Origin: Octopus sinensis
Taxonomy: Eukaryota
Length of the DNA stretch: 64,000 nt
NCBI RefSeq assembly: GCF_006345805.1
Contig: NW_021832538.1
Coordinates: 48,151 to 112,150 of the forward strand
Direction of reading: 5' to 3'
The position numbers and the translations under genes were made by a program. Below the pieces are notes generated by a model. It saw nothing but the letters and a program-made list of their open reading frames with translations. It was not told where the DNA came from and made no database searches. This document shows, piece after piece, positions 37,855 through 50,336 of this stretch. Positions within the stretch are counted from its first letter, which is position 1. Each line of letters opens with the position of its first letter.

Positions 37855-38400
37855 TTGTTCTTGAAACAACATACAACTGTCTCTGCGCAAATAGAGTAGT
37901 TGGGAAGAACAGCCCTATTTTATTAAATTATTTAATTTGAGATTTAATGACTGTCATTGTGAAAGCTACATGAACTGGAAGCTGAAACCGCGTAATGGTG
38001 GATGGTAGAGTGACGTCAGGTCTCTAATTCTTGGCATCATGACATGTTTTCTATTCTCAAACAATGTCGCCTTCGACCTTGCATTCGTGTAAATAGGTTA
38101 TCCAAATTCTTTATCCTCTGCCAAGTCTATTAACCTTGTTTAAAATTTCATAATATCATTACAAAGACATCCCTTTTTGCAAGGTCAATGTACAGTGGTG
38201 GTGGTGGAGTGGTGGTGGTGGTGGTGGTGGTGGTGGAGGTGGTGGTGGTGGGGGTCTCCCTACTGAAGTTGCAATATTTTAGAAAATCCGTTACATAACG
38301 GTAAAGGTCATTTGTAGAATCATCTCAGGCATCAATATTCTTGTAAGCGATTGTTTCTTCCGCAAATATATCGATAATTTCTTCATCAGTAAATCGTATT
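37855..38400 (-). pseudogene. PIF1-family helicase C-terminal relic, probably Helitron RepHel
   Basis: AYKNIDA...YVTDFL..GRPP..H.TLTLQKG..VMIL.N, HVMMPRI, QLPVHVAFTMTVIKSQ, QLYVVSR; stops and frameshifts. Confidence 0.7.
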
Positions 38401-38539
38401 TTTCAGTCTGTAAAAATTTAAGGATCCAATCAGTTGCCTTAAATTTTATTTGTTATTTCACATCCATTTCTCAACGCCATTTAGAAACTCAATCTTACTG
38501 TCAGAGATCAGAAACATCATTTGTCTCCCTGTCCTCACT

Positions 38540-38935
38540 ATTCAGGCTGGAAAGCAGAACATTTTCCAATCGAAGTCGGATGTAGAGGGTTCGTTGGACA
38601 TAGTGTGAGACGACTGTTGTTATCGTTAGGGCTAACTCATCGTAAAGTGAATACCACCATGGCCGATATCCAAACTACAGTGGAGAAGGCTAGCCACTGG
38701 ATTTGGTTAAAAAGAGACGATGAGCGATGGCTAGAAGAATATTGAGCTTTATTTGATAACCAGGTGATCTAGCCAGCGGGGCCTCATATCAGTGAAGTGG
38801 GGCCGGTGCGTATTGATGCCGTCGAGAGGTAGGCCCCGAAACGGCGCGCATTCTCTCCTGATGACCCCATACACTTGCTGGCTTCCGGTATACGGAGTTT
38901 TTGACTAGTAGCACTTGCATGTGTAAGTTGTTTGC
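38540..38935 (+). mobile_element. HERO/NeSL-like RLE non-LTR retrotransposon 3' end
   Basis: GWKAEHFPIEVGCRGFVGHSVRRLL..LG...EKASHWIWLKR, stop at 38745, then a presumed 3' UTR. Confidence 0.8.
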
Positions 38936-39006
38936 AAGACATGTAGTTGCATATTTATGATCAGTTTTGATTTCATTGATATATTCTTTAATAGATATAT
39001 GTCATT

Positions 39007-39210
39007 AAAGTAAAACTGGATCTCTTCCTGTCAGGTGTCCCAGATGAACCAACTTCACGGCAGGAGGTGCAGATGAGGGTAGCTGCATCGAACTCTCTCA
39101 TGCACCAAATGGTAATTGCTAAAAAGCATTCGTGAAGTAAAATCATGTAGCAACACCAAATGGCGGTGCCCCAGTATGGCCACAGCTCGTGAGCTGAAAC
39201 TAGATAAGAA
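39007..39210 (+). mobile_element. CR1/L2-group LINE 3' end, relative of 9617-9912
   Basis: KVKLDLFLSGVPDEPTSRQEVQMRVAASNSLMHQM; tail GGCGGTGCCCCAGTATGGCCACAGCTCGTGAGCTGAAAC. Confidence 0.75.
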
Positions 39211-39832
39211 AAAAATTTTTTAATATATTCCTTCAAAATGTAACATACTTATGTTCACGAGAGCAGCTCTGCCAGTTTTCTTTAAGATTCCTCGAAGGTG
39301 TCCTAGAAACACCACCTGATCTATCTGAACCTAGTAATATAATGCTGATTTATTCGAACCCATTATGGCCGTCCTTCAACTTTGCAATAGCTATACACAA
39401 TGTATATTAGTGATAACCTAACTTCCAAATAAAACCTTTCAAAACCATTGTATCAACATTATTATTCTGTTAGCATAATAGTTCATCTGAGTAATTTTTA
39501 GTTGTTTTTCACACCCACAAGCGTCATGCGCCAATTTTTCTCACGTTTTGAAGAACAAAGAACAAAGTCATAAATCTGATTCAACTGGATAATTCGATGG
39601 AAGCATTCATCATAAAACAATGGCATAATGTCCATTTTTATCTTTTCTCTAACTATTTTTTCCAGTTCCAGGTAGAAAAGTTTCTATTTCAGAAACAGCA
39701 AGAACACAGTAACTTCTCGTAGGACACGAACCCATGACGGAATCGACCAAATTGAGATGCTGCTAGATGCGATGCTATATTATGGCGTGTAGATATTCAA
39801 AGTTGTCGCTATTGCACACCTAAAAGAAACTA

Positions 39833-40255
39833 TAGGCGCAGGAGTGGCTGTGTGGTAAGTAGCTTGCTAACCAACCACATGGTTCCGGGTTCAGTCCCAC
39901 TCTGTGGCACCTTGGGCAAGTGTCTTCTACTATAGCCTCGGGCCGACCAAAGCCTTGTGAGTGGATTTGGTAGACGGAAACTGAAAGAAGCCCGTCGTAT
40001 ATATGTATATATGTATATATATATATGTGTGCGTGTGTGTGTTTGTGTGTCTGTGTTTGTCCCCCTAGCATTGCTTGACAACCGATGCTGGTGTGTTTAT
40101 GTCCCCGTCACTTAGCGGTTCGGCAAAAAGAGACCGATAGAATAAGTACTGGGCTTACAAAAGAATAAGTCCCGGGGTCGAGTTGCTCGACTAAAGGCGG
40201 TGCTCCAGCATGGCCGCAGTCAAATGACTGAAACAAGTAAAAGAGTAAAAGAGTA
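39833..40255 (+). mobile_element. SINE family B, full length
   Basis: TAGGCGCAGGAGTGGCTGTGTGG...GAGTAAAAGAGTA. Confidence 0.92.
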
Positions 40256-40559
40256 TGTAACATAATTCCCATTCGATGGACGATTTGAATGTCTGTCTGT
40301 AGCATTGATATAAATTTAGGGAAAAAGGATGCTGTTTGATCAGAGCCAGGAAATATTCCGCTTCACAGGAAGTGAAACATCACCTTGAAATCTATGTGTG
40401 CAAACAGAGACTCTTTTGAACGTTGATCAGAGTTTGCCCCATTTGTGGTGCTTCGCTTCGTTCATCCTGTCTACGTCGATAAGATTTAATATATAAAAGG
40501 ACACACTTCACTAAATTGACTCCGAGATGATTTACATCTCACTTCATCAGACTGTTGCG

Positions 40560-40659
40560 TGAATGAGTGTGTGTATATATATATACATATGTATGCGCAT
40601 ATGTGTATGCATATGTATGTTGTGTGTGTGTGTGTGTTGTGTGTGACGTATATACATAC

Positions 40660-40699
<40 letters not shown>

Positions 40700-40832
40700 T
40701 ATATATTATATTATATGTATATATATAATTATATATATATACATACATATATATATAATTATATATATATAATTATATATATATATTTATATATATATAT
40801 ATATATAATTATATATAATATATATATATAAT
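40560..40832. repeat. (AT)n-rich microsatellite
   Basis: Direct reading. Confidence 0.9.
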
Positions 40833-41035
40833 TAGCACGCCGGGCGAAATGCGTTGCCGTATTTCGTCTGCTGTTACGTTCCGAGTTCAAATTCCGCCGA
40901 GGTCGACTTTGCCTTTCATCCTTCCGGGGTCGATAAATTAAGTACCAGTTACGCACTGGGGTCGATGTAATCGACTTAATCCGTTTGTCTGTCCTTGTTG
41001 TCTCCTCTGTGTTTAGCCCCTTGTGGGTAGTAAAG

Positions 41036-41040
<5 letters not shown>
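40830..41040 (+). mobile_element. SINE family A, slightly 5'-truncated
   Basis: Family A body within (AT)n. Confidence 0.9.
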
Positions 41041-41090
<50 letters not shown>

Positions 41091-41419
41091 GTATGTATGT
41101 ATGTATATATATATATATTTTACACACACACACCAAACAAACATAAAAAGTGAATGTGACAGTCAAACTTGTGCTTGGAAAAAAAAAATGTTAGTCTACT
41201 GGAAGGTATTAAGCGATAACTTCAGTTTAATGTTTGACCGTGTTTATGTGTAATTAAGAAAAGATAAATTGATGATGGTCTGACAAACAGACAGAGAGAG
41301 TGGGGTAGGGAAAAGAGGCACACATACAGAGAAATGTATGCGGAGCCATCATTCAACAGCCTGATCGAATGTGAACATTAGAAAAAACTCTGAGAGGCGG
41401 CAGAAAGAATTATTAAACA

Positions 41420-42121
41420 CTAGCAGTATCGCCCGGCGTTGCTCGGGTTTGTAAGGGAAATAACTATATAAGCATTTTTAGAGAGTTATAACCAAAAAAT
41501 AGCAAAAAAAATGCATTAAAAATGGAAAGAAATGATGGTAAGTTTTTTTTTAAATCGTTGACTCTTCGTAGACATTTTTAGAGAGTTACTTCCCTTATAT
41601 AATAGCGAAAAAATGCATTAAAATGGAAAAAAATGATGGTAATTTTTTTTTTAAATCGTTGACTAATCGTAGACATTTTTAGAGAATTACTTCACTTATA
41701 TAATAGCGAAAAAATGCATTAAAATGGAAAAAAATAATGTTAAATTTTTTTTTAAATCGTAGACTCATCGTAAACATTTTCAGAGAGTTACTTCCCTTAT
41801 ATAATAGCGAAAAACTGCATTAAAATGGAAAAAAATGATGGTAATTTTTTTTTTAAATCGTTGACTAATCGTAGACATTTTTAGAGAGTTACTTCCCTTA
41901 TATAATAGCGAAAAAATGCACTAAAATGGAAAAAAATGATGGTAAATTTATTTTTTAAATCGTAGACTCATCGTAGACGCGCGCTAATACCCAGAAGGGA
42001 TCGGTATGAATCACGACTATAAGATACCCGGTTTTGGTTAAACTGCACCGCAAAATGTGGGAGTAGTTAGGAATCTAAATCGTTGGAGACAGACACACAA
42101 CTTGACTTTTATATATAAAGA
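41420..42121 (-). mobile_element. Helitron F1 with expanded internal tandem array
   Basis: Same termini as 6027-6425 but five units of about 100 bp instead of two. Confidence 0.92.
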
Positions 42122-42674
42122 TGTACATCCCCAAACAATATTCCCCTCTCTGCACAACAAATCTTCAAGGAACCGGGAAGCAAAGAGCCTTACACAAATA
42201 GTTTAGCAGACAAGCTTATATTATGCAAACTCAAGCGTTCAATGAAAATTTATGAAAATGTCTTTCAGAAAAATACGTTGAGTAAGCGACGTGCGAACGA
42301 TTTTTGTAAAGACAGATTTTCATTTATTTAAGCAAAGATGTCTGGGATTATAGCATCACCAAATCACTTTTCACACAGCAGACGATCAACTACATATCAA
42401 ATATCACACATCTGAGGTATATAGGTGCATCTATGTGGCACACAGTTTCAGTGGTTACCTGGAAGGTGTAATGTCGAAAAGCAATTGCTACGTAGAGTAG
42501 GCATCTGTTTTAAGGCATCTATTTTAAGGCTAAGAACGAAGAATAAAAGCTATCGTCCACAACTTCACAATTGCACGCTAGCAGAGAGTCATAAAACCGA
42601 AGTTCGCACATCCATACGAAACTGTTAATTATACGTTAACCAGACATTTACAAAAAAGAACACTCAAATACAGA

Positions 42675-42706
<32 letters not shown>

Positions 42707-42742
42707 TTCTATCTCTATTACACACACACACACACACCACAC

Positions 42743-42794
<52 letters not shown>

Positions 42795-42969
42795 CATATA
42801 TATATACATATATATATATATATGTGTGTATATATATATATATGTGTGTGTGTATATATATTACACATACACATATATGTGTACATATATAAATATGTGT
42901 ATGTATATATATATGTATATATATATACATATATATATATACATATATATATATGTATATATATGTATA

Positions 42970-43017
<48 letters not shown>

Positions 43018-43110
43018 TAAGTATACATACATATTCATATACATATATGTATATATATATAGATGTATATATATATGTATAGATACATATATGTGTGTGT
43101 GTGAGTGTGT
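42675..43110. repeat. (CT)n, (CA)n and degenerate (AT)n microsatellites
   Basis: Direct reading. Confidence 0.9.
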
Positions 43111-43607
43111 ATGCAAACAACGAGAGAAAATCATGGAAAACAGAAGTAACACAAAGAACGACCCTTTATCAGTTGTTGGCTGTTTTCTAATCTCGTATTT
43201 CGAGCATTTGACAACAATATACGCTTTCGATAAAACAGTTGCTCCCGCAAAGCAAATTAAATAAAGTTTGGTATTTCGCGGAGGGTCAAAATTGGTAGCA
43301 CAACCGGGACAGTGAAAATAAACAGGAAGGGCTGCTAAGCCTAAACGAGGTTGTGGTGGCGCGAACGCGAAAATCAAGCTTAGACAGGAGACAGACAAGA
43401 ACACGTCTTCCCTGTTCCAGCTACAACGGAGAGAAAGAAAGAAAGAAACACAAGTTAGAAGAAAGAAAGGTGGCCGATGGTCACGTGGGAGCCATGTGAG
43501 CAAGGGAGGAGTGAGGGAGAGAGAGAAAGAGTAAAAAGATCGTATAGAGTGCGCATCAGAATTATTAAGATAAAACTTACTTGGAAGAGGATGCGTAGCG
43601 TTCAATC

Positions 43608-43672
<65 letters not shown>

Positions 43673-43722
43673 TATAAATATATATATGGAAATATACATA
43701 CGTATATGTATATGTGTGTGCA

Positions 43723-44517
43723 TCTCTCTCTATATAAACGGCAGTTTGTCTGTCTGTGTGTCTGTGTGTCTGTGTGTCAGGTTGTACCCTCACCTTGACC
43801 ACGGCTTTCAACCGATTCTCATGAAACTTGACACACACATAGCCCAATGTCATAATTCAAAACTAACGCAGTGAAAATTTTGAAAAGTTCCCCCAGTTCT
43901 GAGAAAAATCGATAAATTCGACATGGGGTCGAGAATCTAAGCTTTTTATATGCAACACATTTTCTCTTGTAGTTTTCGCAACTTGCAATCGATTTTCACC
44001 AAACTCATGGTGAAGCTTAATGTTACCATAAGAAACTTAATTCTGGCGTTAGTTTTCCATGCAATACCTTACCATCAGAAAAAATCGATAAAATCATGCC
44101 ATTTTGGGAAATCGTGTTCAAATTCAAGATGACATATTTTCGACAATATCTTTCACAAATTGGCAGGAATTTTTTTTTTAATTCACAGCGAGCATCATGT
44201 CTGGTCCAAGGAGCTATATGGCCCTTTTTATTCCAATATGATACTTTATTACTGGAAAAAATCGGTTAATTAAATCATATGTGGCACCCATAGCAAACCG
44301 ATTTGTGTATTAAACACAAACCACAGACTGTCTAGGGGACGCAATTGGTTGGGTTGAATTATCGATAGCTGTTTGATAGTTATTTGGGAGTGAAGAGAAG
44401 ACATTGCAACCTACACATTGCAACCTTCGTTCCCTAGAGGGAAAGGACTAGATTGGGATTAGTCGTTGCCTACTAGGGGCTCTTACATACCCGGGCAACG
44501 CTGGGCTATGCTGCTAG
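43723..44517 (+). mobile_element. Non-autonomous Helitron, subfamily F3
   Basis: A|TCTCTCTCTATATAAAC...CCCGGGCAACGCTGGG-CTATGCTG-CTAG|T. Confidence 0.88.
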
Positions 44518-44809
44518 TGTATGTATATTTTGTATATGCATAATATGTGCATATGTCTAAACGATGCGATCAAGCATGGAGCATTTCCTTATGTGTTTAC
44601 GGATGGTTGAATTTTGTGTGTGTGTGTGTATACATATATGTGGGGGTGTGCGTATGTGTGTATATAGCGGGGGGAGCAAGTGCAGGCTTTCATATTACAT
44701 GCAGCTTACGTCAGTTGTTCATGTATACAAAGTTGCATTAAACACACACATGTATGTATGCATGGAAAAATGTGTGTGTGTGAGTATAATATATATGTAT
44801 GCATGTGTG

Positions 44810-44898
<89 letters not shown>
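44810..44898. repeat. (TA)n microsatellite
   Basis: Direct reading. Confidence 0.95.
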
Positions 44899-44899
<1 letters not shown>

Positions 44900-44970
44900 C
44901 TTCTAATATTCATACGCATCTTTGAATATATGAATATATATCTAAATACTCACACACATATATATATATA

Positions 44971-46448
44971 CTAGCAGTATCGCCCGGCGTTGCTCGGGTT
45001 TGTAAGGGAAATAACTATATAAGCATTTTTAGAGAGTTATAGCCAAAAAATAGCAAAAAAATGCATTAAAAATGGAAAAAAAATTAAGGTAAATTTCTTT
45101 TTAAATCGTTGACACATCGTAGATATTTTTAGAGAGTTACTTCCCTTATACAATAGCGAAAAAAATGCATTAAAATGGAAAAATATGATGGCAAATTTTT
45201 TTAAATCGTAGACTCATCGTAGACGCGCGCTAATACCCAGAAGGGCTCGATATGACTCACGACTATAAGATACCCGCTTTTGGTTACACTGCACCGCAAA
45301 ATGTGGGAGTAGTTAGGAATCTAAATCGTAGGAGACAGACACACAACTTCACTTTTATATATAGATATAAGTCACGTAGTCTATACACATACTTTGTTAT
45401 ATACACATTCTTAAAAGAAAATGTTATTTTGAATACAACATTATAAAGAATAAAATAATTTTTGGTTTTTCTTAACCCTTTCGTACTATATTTCTGACCA
45501 AAATACACCCCTTATGTGTTTCAATTAATTTCTAACGTAATCATAAATTTAGTCTGGTTTCATTAAACAACTAACTTTTTTATTTATCAATATATTAACG
45601 TGAATTTGGAAGATAATTTAATGAATGTCCTCAACCAATTCTATACTATAATTTTTGTCACAAAGTGACTCTAATTTCAGGTAGATACAGGTAAATTCAA
45701 CAATATATAAAATTATTAAAATTTTGTTCAAACATCGCTATAGAAAATGGGTTATTAGCTAATATTCAATTGGGTATACAATAAAATTTTACGATAGAAT
45801 TTGTTATTCTGGGTAACTTTCTGATACCCATAATAATATTTATGGCAAAATAGGCCTTAATTTAATTTAAGGTTGTGGGAAATAACAAACTATCCTTTCT
45901 TTCGTTTTGTTTACGTTTAGCGTAACGGTTCGTTTCTGCCGTAATGATTTCAAATAGGCTCATTCGAAAAAGTAAAAAGAAATAGTTTAAGGCTTTATAC
46001 TCTTCTGGGAAAGTCTGTGGCTTGGTGCAGTTTCTTCAGAAAAATCACCGAAAGAAACAGTTTTTAAATTTTCACTCCATTCAGGTGCTAATTCGTTTTC
46101 TTTATCGCTGTCGGATTCACTGTTTTCACTTTAATAGCTGCAAACTTGCGAAGACAAAGGAGGAGAAGGGTGATAGCGTCAGAGAAACAGTTGGCTCCCT
46201 TTGTGTGTGTGTGCGTTTGCGTGTGGTGTATCCCACATTAAGAAAAACATTTGACATATACACCAGAATGTGAGTTTTCTCTAAATTTTGCTTAATTGGG
46301 GTTGAAATTTTAAAAACCGGACCTGGCAAAACCCGATGCATTCTACTCTTGAAAATGCTAGGTAAATTGTGATTGAAGAAATCCTATATTGTAGATTTCT
46401 ATAACTGACAAAGGGAGGCAGATAAAATCTGCCTTTTATAATTAGAGA
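44971..46448 (-). mobile_element. Composite non-autonomous Helitron, copy 2
   Basis: CTAG at 44971, inner TC end at 45365, outer TC end at 46448; collinear with 31300-32776. Confidence 0.9.
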
Positions 46449-46519
46449 TATATATATATCCATAACTCTCTCTCATATATATATATGTGTGTGTGTGTGT
46501 GTTTGTGTATATATATATC

Positions 46520-46730
46520 AAAATGTGACCTTGGGTGTACCGTTGGCGATTTTTTCCCTCTGTCTTCCCTTCTCTGGATCTTTCCTTCTCCTATGTTTCC
46601 GCCGAAGAGCTCCGCTCGAAACGTTAAACCCTCCTTCTTTCCTTCTTTCCTGAGCGTCCAATAATACTGTATTTGCTCCACGTCCTCGCGTTGTTGTGTT
46701 TTTTTGTGCTTTCCTGTTTGGATTAACTAT
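46520..46730 (+). mobile_element. Penelope-like pLTR relic with minimal hammerhead
   Basis: GTTT-CCGCCGA-A-GAGC-TCC-GCTC-GAAAC-GTT-AAAC at 46595-46629. Confidence 0.6.
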
Positions 46731-47333
46731 ATATATATATATATATATCATTACAGATATAGGATGAAATATAATTAATTTAATAAAATCAACAAATTTC
46801 ACCTAGTAGTATTTCGGTATGGAAAAAGACCATATTCGGTGAAAAACTTGTATAATTATAATAATAAGGGTTTTTGCAACAAGTTGCTTGACCACATACC
46901 GAAAATTTTAGAAATAGCAGCCAAAGGGTTACTATATAGTAGTAAGTTTGCCTTTTTATTGTCTTAAAAAGTTTGTGTTTGGATAATATTTTTTATGTAA
47001 AAGTTGTGCAAAAACTAATAAATACAAAATATATTCGGTTGTGCAAATTCTTTGCACGGGAAACCTGCCTTTGTGTGGCGTGTTTCCCCATTTTGTAAAT
47101 TCGTCTTCGGCTTTCCTCGCCATTCTCTGCTTTGAGCATGGCGACTTCAAAGCCATGAAGTCGTTCTTCGAGAAGAACGGTGGTCTCCTTGGCAACGCTT
47201 ACGACGTGTGTTTTCCCTCCCCTCCCCCTCCCCACAGCTTCACGAGGGAGGGAAAGAAGGGGAGGAGCAACACAGGTGCAGGTGCGAGCACGGACGCCGA
47301 CACACGAAGAATTGGAAGAACCCAGACGACAGA

Positions 47334-47721
47334 TATATACATTAAGCTGAAGTTGTCTGTGTATGGCAGGTTAGGTAGCCTTCAACAAACACTATCTCCT
47401 CCGAGACCCTGCAGCGCAAGTTGACCAAAATTGAGAGTATGATAAAAGAAGGCTTGCTCTTCCTTCTGTAGAAGATAAAATTCAAATCGGACCATGTTAA
47501 CACCAAAAATTATTTACATCAAAAAGGTGCTTTTTTTCTATGAAAATCCCTATTTTTTACAATTTTTTGACTGCTGTATCGCCATTTTTCGGTGTATTTC
47601 AACCAGAAAAATGTTCACTTAAAGAGAATAACAAGCTACATAATGCAAAATGTTTACTTTTCAAAAATTCCAATTCTAAAGGGTTGAAACAAACCCGAGC
47701 AACGCCGGGCGATACTGCTAG
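47334..47721 (+). mobile_element. Non-autonomous Helitron, subfamily F2
   Basis: 3' end AAACCCGAGCAACGCCGGGCGATACTGCTAG|T identical to F1; body matches 58033-58428. Confidence 0.9.
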
Positions 47722-47781
47722 TAAATATATAATTGAACGCCAAGCATCCATTCCAAGTAAGCATATATGTATGTATGTATG

Positions 47782-47867
<86 letters not shown>

Positions 47868-47887
47868 TACGTATATATATATATATA

Positions 47888-48311
47888 TAGGCGCAGGAGT
47901 GGATGTGTGGTAAGTAGCTTGTTTACCAACCACATGGTTCCGGGTTCAGTCCCACTGCGTGACACCTTGGGCAAGTGTCTTCTACTATAGTCTCGGGCCG
48001 ACCAAAGCCTTGTGAGTGGATTTGGTAGACGGAAACTGAAAGAAGCCCGTCGTATATATGTGTATATATATATATGCGTGTGTGTGTTTGTGCGTCTGTG
48101 TTTGTCCCCCTAGCATTGCTTGACAACCGATGCTGGTGTGTTTATGTCCCCGTTACTTAGCGGTTCGGCAAAAGAGACCGATAGAATAAGTACTGGGCTT
48201 ACAAAAGAATAAGTCCCTGGTCGAGTTGCTCGATTAAAGGCGGTGCTCCAGCATGGCCGCAGTCAAATGACTGAAACAAGTAAAAGAGTAAAAGAATAAA
48301 GAGTAAGAGTA
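47888..48311 (+). mobile_element. SINE family B, full length
   Basis: Near-identical to 39833-40255. Confidence 0.92.
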
Positions 48312-48328
48312 TATATATATATTATATA

Positions 48329-48375
<47 letters not shown>

Positions 48376-48659
48376 CATATATATTTGCATATATTATATG
48401 CATATATATATATGTATGTATATATGTATGTGTATATATGTGTGTGTGTGTGTGTGTGTGGTGTTTACATGTGGCCTTTGTAGTAGAGTTGAATAAGTAC
48501 CTTCAGTCCAGAGCCAAGGAGTGGCCTGCGAATATCTGGCACAACCCTCCACCCGACCCCAAACCACTTTTCAAAGCAGCAGCCTTGAATTTTATGATGA
48601 CCTTTCTTTCCACCACTACCCCTCGGGCCTTGAAGTAGATTCGGATGCGCCGGGTGTAA

Positions 48660-48689
48660 ATATGTATGTGTGTACGTGTGTGTGTGTGT

Positions 48690-48741
<52 letters not shown>

Positions 48742-49170
48742 TGAGTGAGTGTGCGTGGGTGCATGCACGTGTAATAAGCCTTCGTGTCTGTGCTTGTTAC
48801 AACCGGTACAGGTGTGTTTATATCCCCGCAGCTCAGTGTCTCGTTAAAATTTGCGATCGAATACCCGAACATGGTCGCAGTCAAATAACATAAAGGCGTA
48901 AAAGACACACACACACACACACTCATACAAACATACACACACACATACACGCACACATACACAACACACACACACATACACACACATACGCACACACACA
49001 ACACACACACACCATACTCACACAAACAAAACACACACACAACGCACACACACACAACACACACACATACACACACACACATACGCACACACAATACACA
49101 CACACAACACACGTACACACACAATACACGTACACACACACACATACACACACACAACACATACACACAC

Positions 49171-49222
<52 letters not shown>
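48660..49222. repeat. (GT)n and degenerate (CA)n tracts
   Basis: Direct reading; includes a decayed SINE B-like piece at about 48780-48900. Confidence 0.85.
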
Positions 49223-49223
<1 letters not shown>

Positions 49224-49871
49224 GTGTGCATATTTATACTGGACGGAAAGGTGTATCTTTCTACTAAAGAAGTAAACAGCAGTGAGAAATTCGGACCGGT
49301 GCTTTCAAATAAAATTACCATATTATTTGTTCCGGCCGAGTTTCACCCATTCCCTCGTCATACTCGACCTCCGAAACGCAGTGACCCAGCAATAGGTCTA
49401 ACGACTTCCTTTGTTATTTTTCCTATTTTTGTCAAAATACGATGCGAAATAATTTGATTAAAAGGCCTTCCTCACTCCCTACTTACTTCCAGCACAACCG
49501 CCACCATTCAACGATACAAAGGTTCACATACGTTCTAAACGTACATCAGTTATGTCCACCACCACCCCTGGAAACCCACGTTATAATCGGGTGGTTCATT
49601 CACCCGTATCTGATATATTCGCTTCTTACCTTAGAAGCTAAGCCGCCTGTACACAAACCAAGAAACGAGCCTCTATCTGGTTGTTAGATCTGTTAAATTC
49701 CTCTCAAACTACAAATGAGACATGTTCAGAACTTTACTGCGGTTGTTACCATGAGAGAAGCATTCATATTGGCTTTTAGTGCAAAATGCACGCTTGTTTA
49801 CATCGCTAGCAGGGAGATAAATCCTCACCACCCGCAGCGCCGAGACCACCAGATGTCGTGATATCAACCTA

Positions 49872-50107
49872 ACTTATTTCTCTATTGCCCACAAGGGGCT
49901 AAACATAGAGGGGACAAACAAGGACAGACAAACGGATTAAGTCGATTACACCGACCCCAGTGCGTAAATCGTACTTAATTTATCGACTCCGAAAAGATGA
50001 AAGGTAAAGTCGATCTTGGCGGAATTTGAACTGAGAACGTAACGGGAGACGAAATACTGCTAAGCATTTCGGCCGACGTGCTAACGATTCTGCCAGCTCA
50101 CCGCCTT
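49872..50107 (-). mobile_element. SINE family A
   Basis: Full reverse-complement body. Confidence 0.88.
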
Positions 50108-50336
50108 GATTTCAACCTTACTTAGTCTTGGCAATGATGGACGCTTGGCTCCTAGAAATAGCAGCGACTATTGTATCTGTTGGGTTTACACCCTCATCCT
50201 CCCCTTAAAGTGCTGTCGGTATTAACAAGATTCGTTCGAGATTGTTGGTTATCGTCTCTTTTTACTTTTAGAAACCCGGAAGTCGTCAGTAATTGTTGAT
50301 CCAATGACTTTAGTAACTGACTGCTGCTCTCTTTCT

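Noticed and set aside
38340-38400. FTDEEIIDIFAEET resembling a piggyBac transposase motif
   Set aside because: The downstream in-order motifs are PIF1 helicase, which explains the region better.
45472-45505. TTAA-CCCTTTCG piggyBac-like end inside the composite Helitron (also near 31798)
   Set aside because: No matching opposite terminus found; at most a captured fragment.
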